From NCBI GenBank assembly GCA_016700135.1, contig CP065004.1, forward strand, positions 810,001 to 842,000: DNA of 32,000 nt, read 5' to 3'. This document shows, one piece after another, positions 30,661-32,000 of this stretch (position 1 is the first letter of the stretch; each line of letters opens with the position of its first letter). The position numbers and the translations under genes are program-made. Under the pieces are notes generated by a model. The model made no database searches. It was not told where the DNA came from and worked only from the letters and a program-made list of their open reading frames with translations. The DNA comes from Candidatus Saccharimonadota bacterium (lineage in GTDB: Bacteria; Patescibacteriota; Microgenomatia; UBA1406; GWC2-37-13).

Positions 30661-32000
30661 ATGAAAACAGCTACCTGCACTTATTTTGTTTCAGGAATGC
30701 ATTGCGGATCTTGTGAGGTACTCCTGCAAAAGATCTCCAAACTCAAAGGAGTTTCGGATGTAAAAGCTTCTTTACAGGACGGATCGGTACAGATCTCTTA
30801 CCATAAAGGTCACAAACCGCAGGTTTCTGAATTGAATGATGAATTCTCGGAACTGGGTTACTTTTCTCCAAACAGGAAACAGTACCGGACAGACACAAAA
30901 CACCTGGACTCAGGCAATTGTGTTTATGGTGCTTTTCGGTATTTTGTACATTATCGTTGAGGATACAAAAATATTTGCCAGGTTTACTCTGGATGAGAGT
31001 TCCTCTCTCCCGCCTTTTTCGGTTTGGGAGTTATTGCCAGTCTGTCCAGTTGTGCCGCGTTAGTGGGCGGGTACTCCTTGCAATGTCAAAACAGTGGAAT
31101 GAGCTCTATGGCGGTGTTGATGAGGGAAAGCGGTTAACACCGTTTGTTCTCTTCAACGTCGGGAGACTTGTTTCTTTTGCGGTACTCGGAGGACTCCTGG
31201 GAGTCATCGGCTCATTTTTCAGTTGTCATTACAGTTTACTGCCGTACTTATCATTGTCGTTTCTTTGGTAATGGGGCTTGTAGGACTGCAGATGCTGGGG
31301 ATTTCCCTGGGCGAAGAAGAGAATACGTCTTGGCTTCCCTCGATTTATTTCCGGGTATGCATCTGATGAACGGAATTTCAAAGGGAAATACATGCCCTTT
31401 GTCTCCGGAGCCTTAACCTTCTTTTGCCGTGCGGTTTTACCCTGATGGCACAAAGTATTGCGCTTACCTCCGGCAATTTCTGACCAGTTCGGTGATGATG
31501 TCAGCATTTGCAATCGGTACTCTCCCCGTCCTTGCGGGGATCAGTTTCTCGAGTTTTAAACTGCAGAAAAGTTCATCATTCGGCGGGACGTTCAATCTTA
31601 TTGCCGGTCTTTTTATTCTACTTTTCGGGTTTTACAACATCAATGCCCAGTTCAACGTGCTCGGACTGCCGAGTATGAGTGATGTTTTTGCCCGAACATC
31701 ATCCGATTCTCCAGCAGGTACTTCGCTCGGGGTGACCATGAAAGGTGAAGGCGAAAATCAGTATCAGGAACTGACCATGATGGCAAAAGAATTCGAGTAT
31801 TTTCCGAAAACGATCAAACTCAAGGCGGGTGTTCCGACAAAGTTGACAGTCCTGAATAACAATGTGGTCGGTTGCGCCCAGGCAATGTGGCTGGGAGGGT
31901 TGTACGATGAGGTGATCTATTTAAACAAACCAAGATCCGAAGCTGAGTTTACCCCGGAAAAAGGAACATACAAAATCAGTTGTACGATGGGCATGGTTCC
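30661..32000 (+). pseudogene. HMA-domain / TauE-SafE-like (CcdA-like) membrane / C-terminal cupredoxin-like fusion gene, multiply frameshifted, running off the window
   Basis: The HMA motif VSGMHCGSCE is in frame 1. Then WTQAIVFMVLFGILYIIV (frame 2), FFGLGVIASLSSCAALVGG (frame 1), LLAMSKQWNELY...LFNVGRLVSFAVLGGLLGVIGSFF (frame 3), LQFTAVLIIVVSLVMGLVGLQMLGIS (frame 2), KKRIRLGFPRFISGY...YMPFVSGALTFF (frame 3), and LPCGFTLMAQSIALTSGNF (frame 2). Frame 1 is then open from 31483 to the window end and finishes with a cupredoxin-like segment, FPKTIKLKAGVPTKLTVLNNN...GTYKISCTMGMV. I count about 7 frame changes between 30870 and 31480. Confidence 0.75.

Noticed and set aside
1-32000. CRISPR arrays, tRNA genes, rRNA, RNase P RNA and tmRNA.
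   Set aside because: No regularly spaced direct repeats were seen. No GTTCGAATC-type T-loops with acceptor stems were seen. No GGAAAGTCC or ACAGAACCCGGCTTA RNase P blocks and no tmRNA-type 3' ends were seen on either strand. This was a scan by eye, so a proper tRNAscan/Infernal run should confirm it.

Overview
Moderately AT-rich, densely coded bacterial chromosome segment. It reads cleanly with the standard code: TAA, TAG and TGA all end conserved genes where expected. The gene content is reminiscent of a small-genome Patescibacteria/CPR-type organism, but that is inference only. I saw no rRNA, tRNA or CRISPR array.

Gene order, left to right:
- Tail of a PyrK-like oxidoreductase, an aspartase/fumarase-family lyase, an orphan gene, a D-2-hydroxyacid dehydrogenase, a HAD phosphatase, pyrF and pyrE.
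- An MgtC/DUF4010 membrane protein, a TldD/PmbA protease pair, and a four-CBS protein with an HPF/RaiA-like tail.
- A TrpR/YerC-like regulator carrying a trp-operator-like palindrome in its own promoter.
- An SDR epimerase convergent with a HAD plus two GT-C (GT39/ArnT-like) glycosyltransferase operon.
- Lgt-like, DksA-like and degenerate LCP-like genes, a TPR/acidic-tail protein and a polytopic membrane protein.
- A 1.1-kb ORF-free gap.
- A DegT-like protein lacking the PLP lysine, and a membrane-anchored MurF-like ligase.
- An alpha/beta hydrolase gene split by a small IS200-like element.
- A DsbA-like gene and a DnaQ-GIY-YIG nuclease.
- A decayed block at the right end: a DDE insertion sequence, csoR, and an HMA/TauE-like/cupredoxin gene, all frameshifted.

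Most interesting leads:
1. The 1.1-kb gap contains a predicted orphan ~345-nt minus-strand transcription unit, antisense to a hydrophobic micro-ORF.
2. A 600-bp GC-richer region after the TrpR-like gene, with a textbook terminator inside its longest ORF.
3. The canonical-looking trp operator.
4. The unusual domain architectures (CBS-HPF-like, TM-MurF-like, Lys-less DegT-like).
5. A pervasive leaderless promoter layout.

No known multi-gene defence or secretion system is recognisable. All function calls come from motif recognition by eye, not from database searches.
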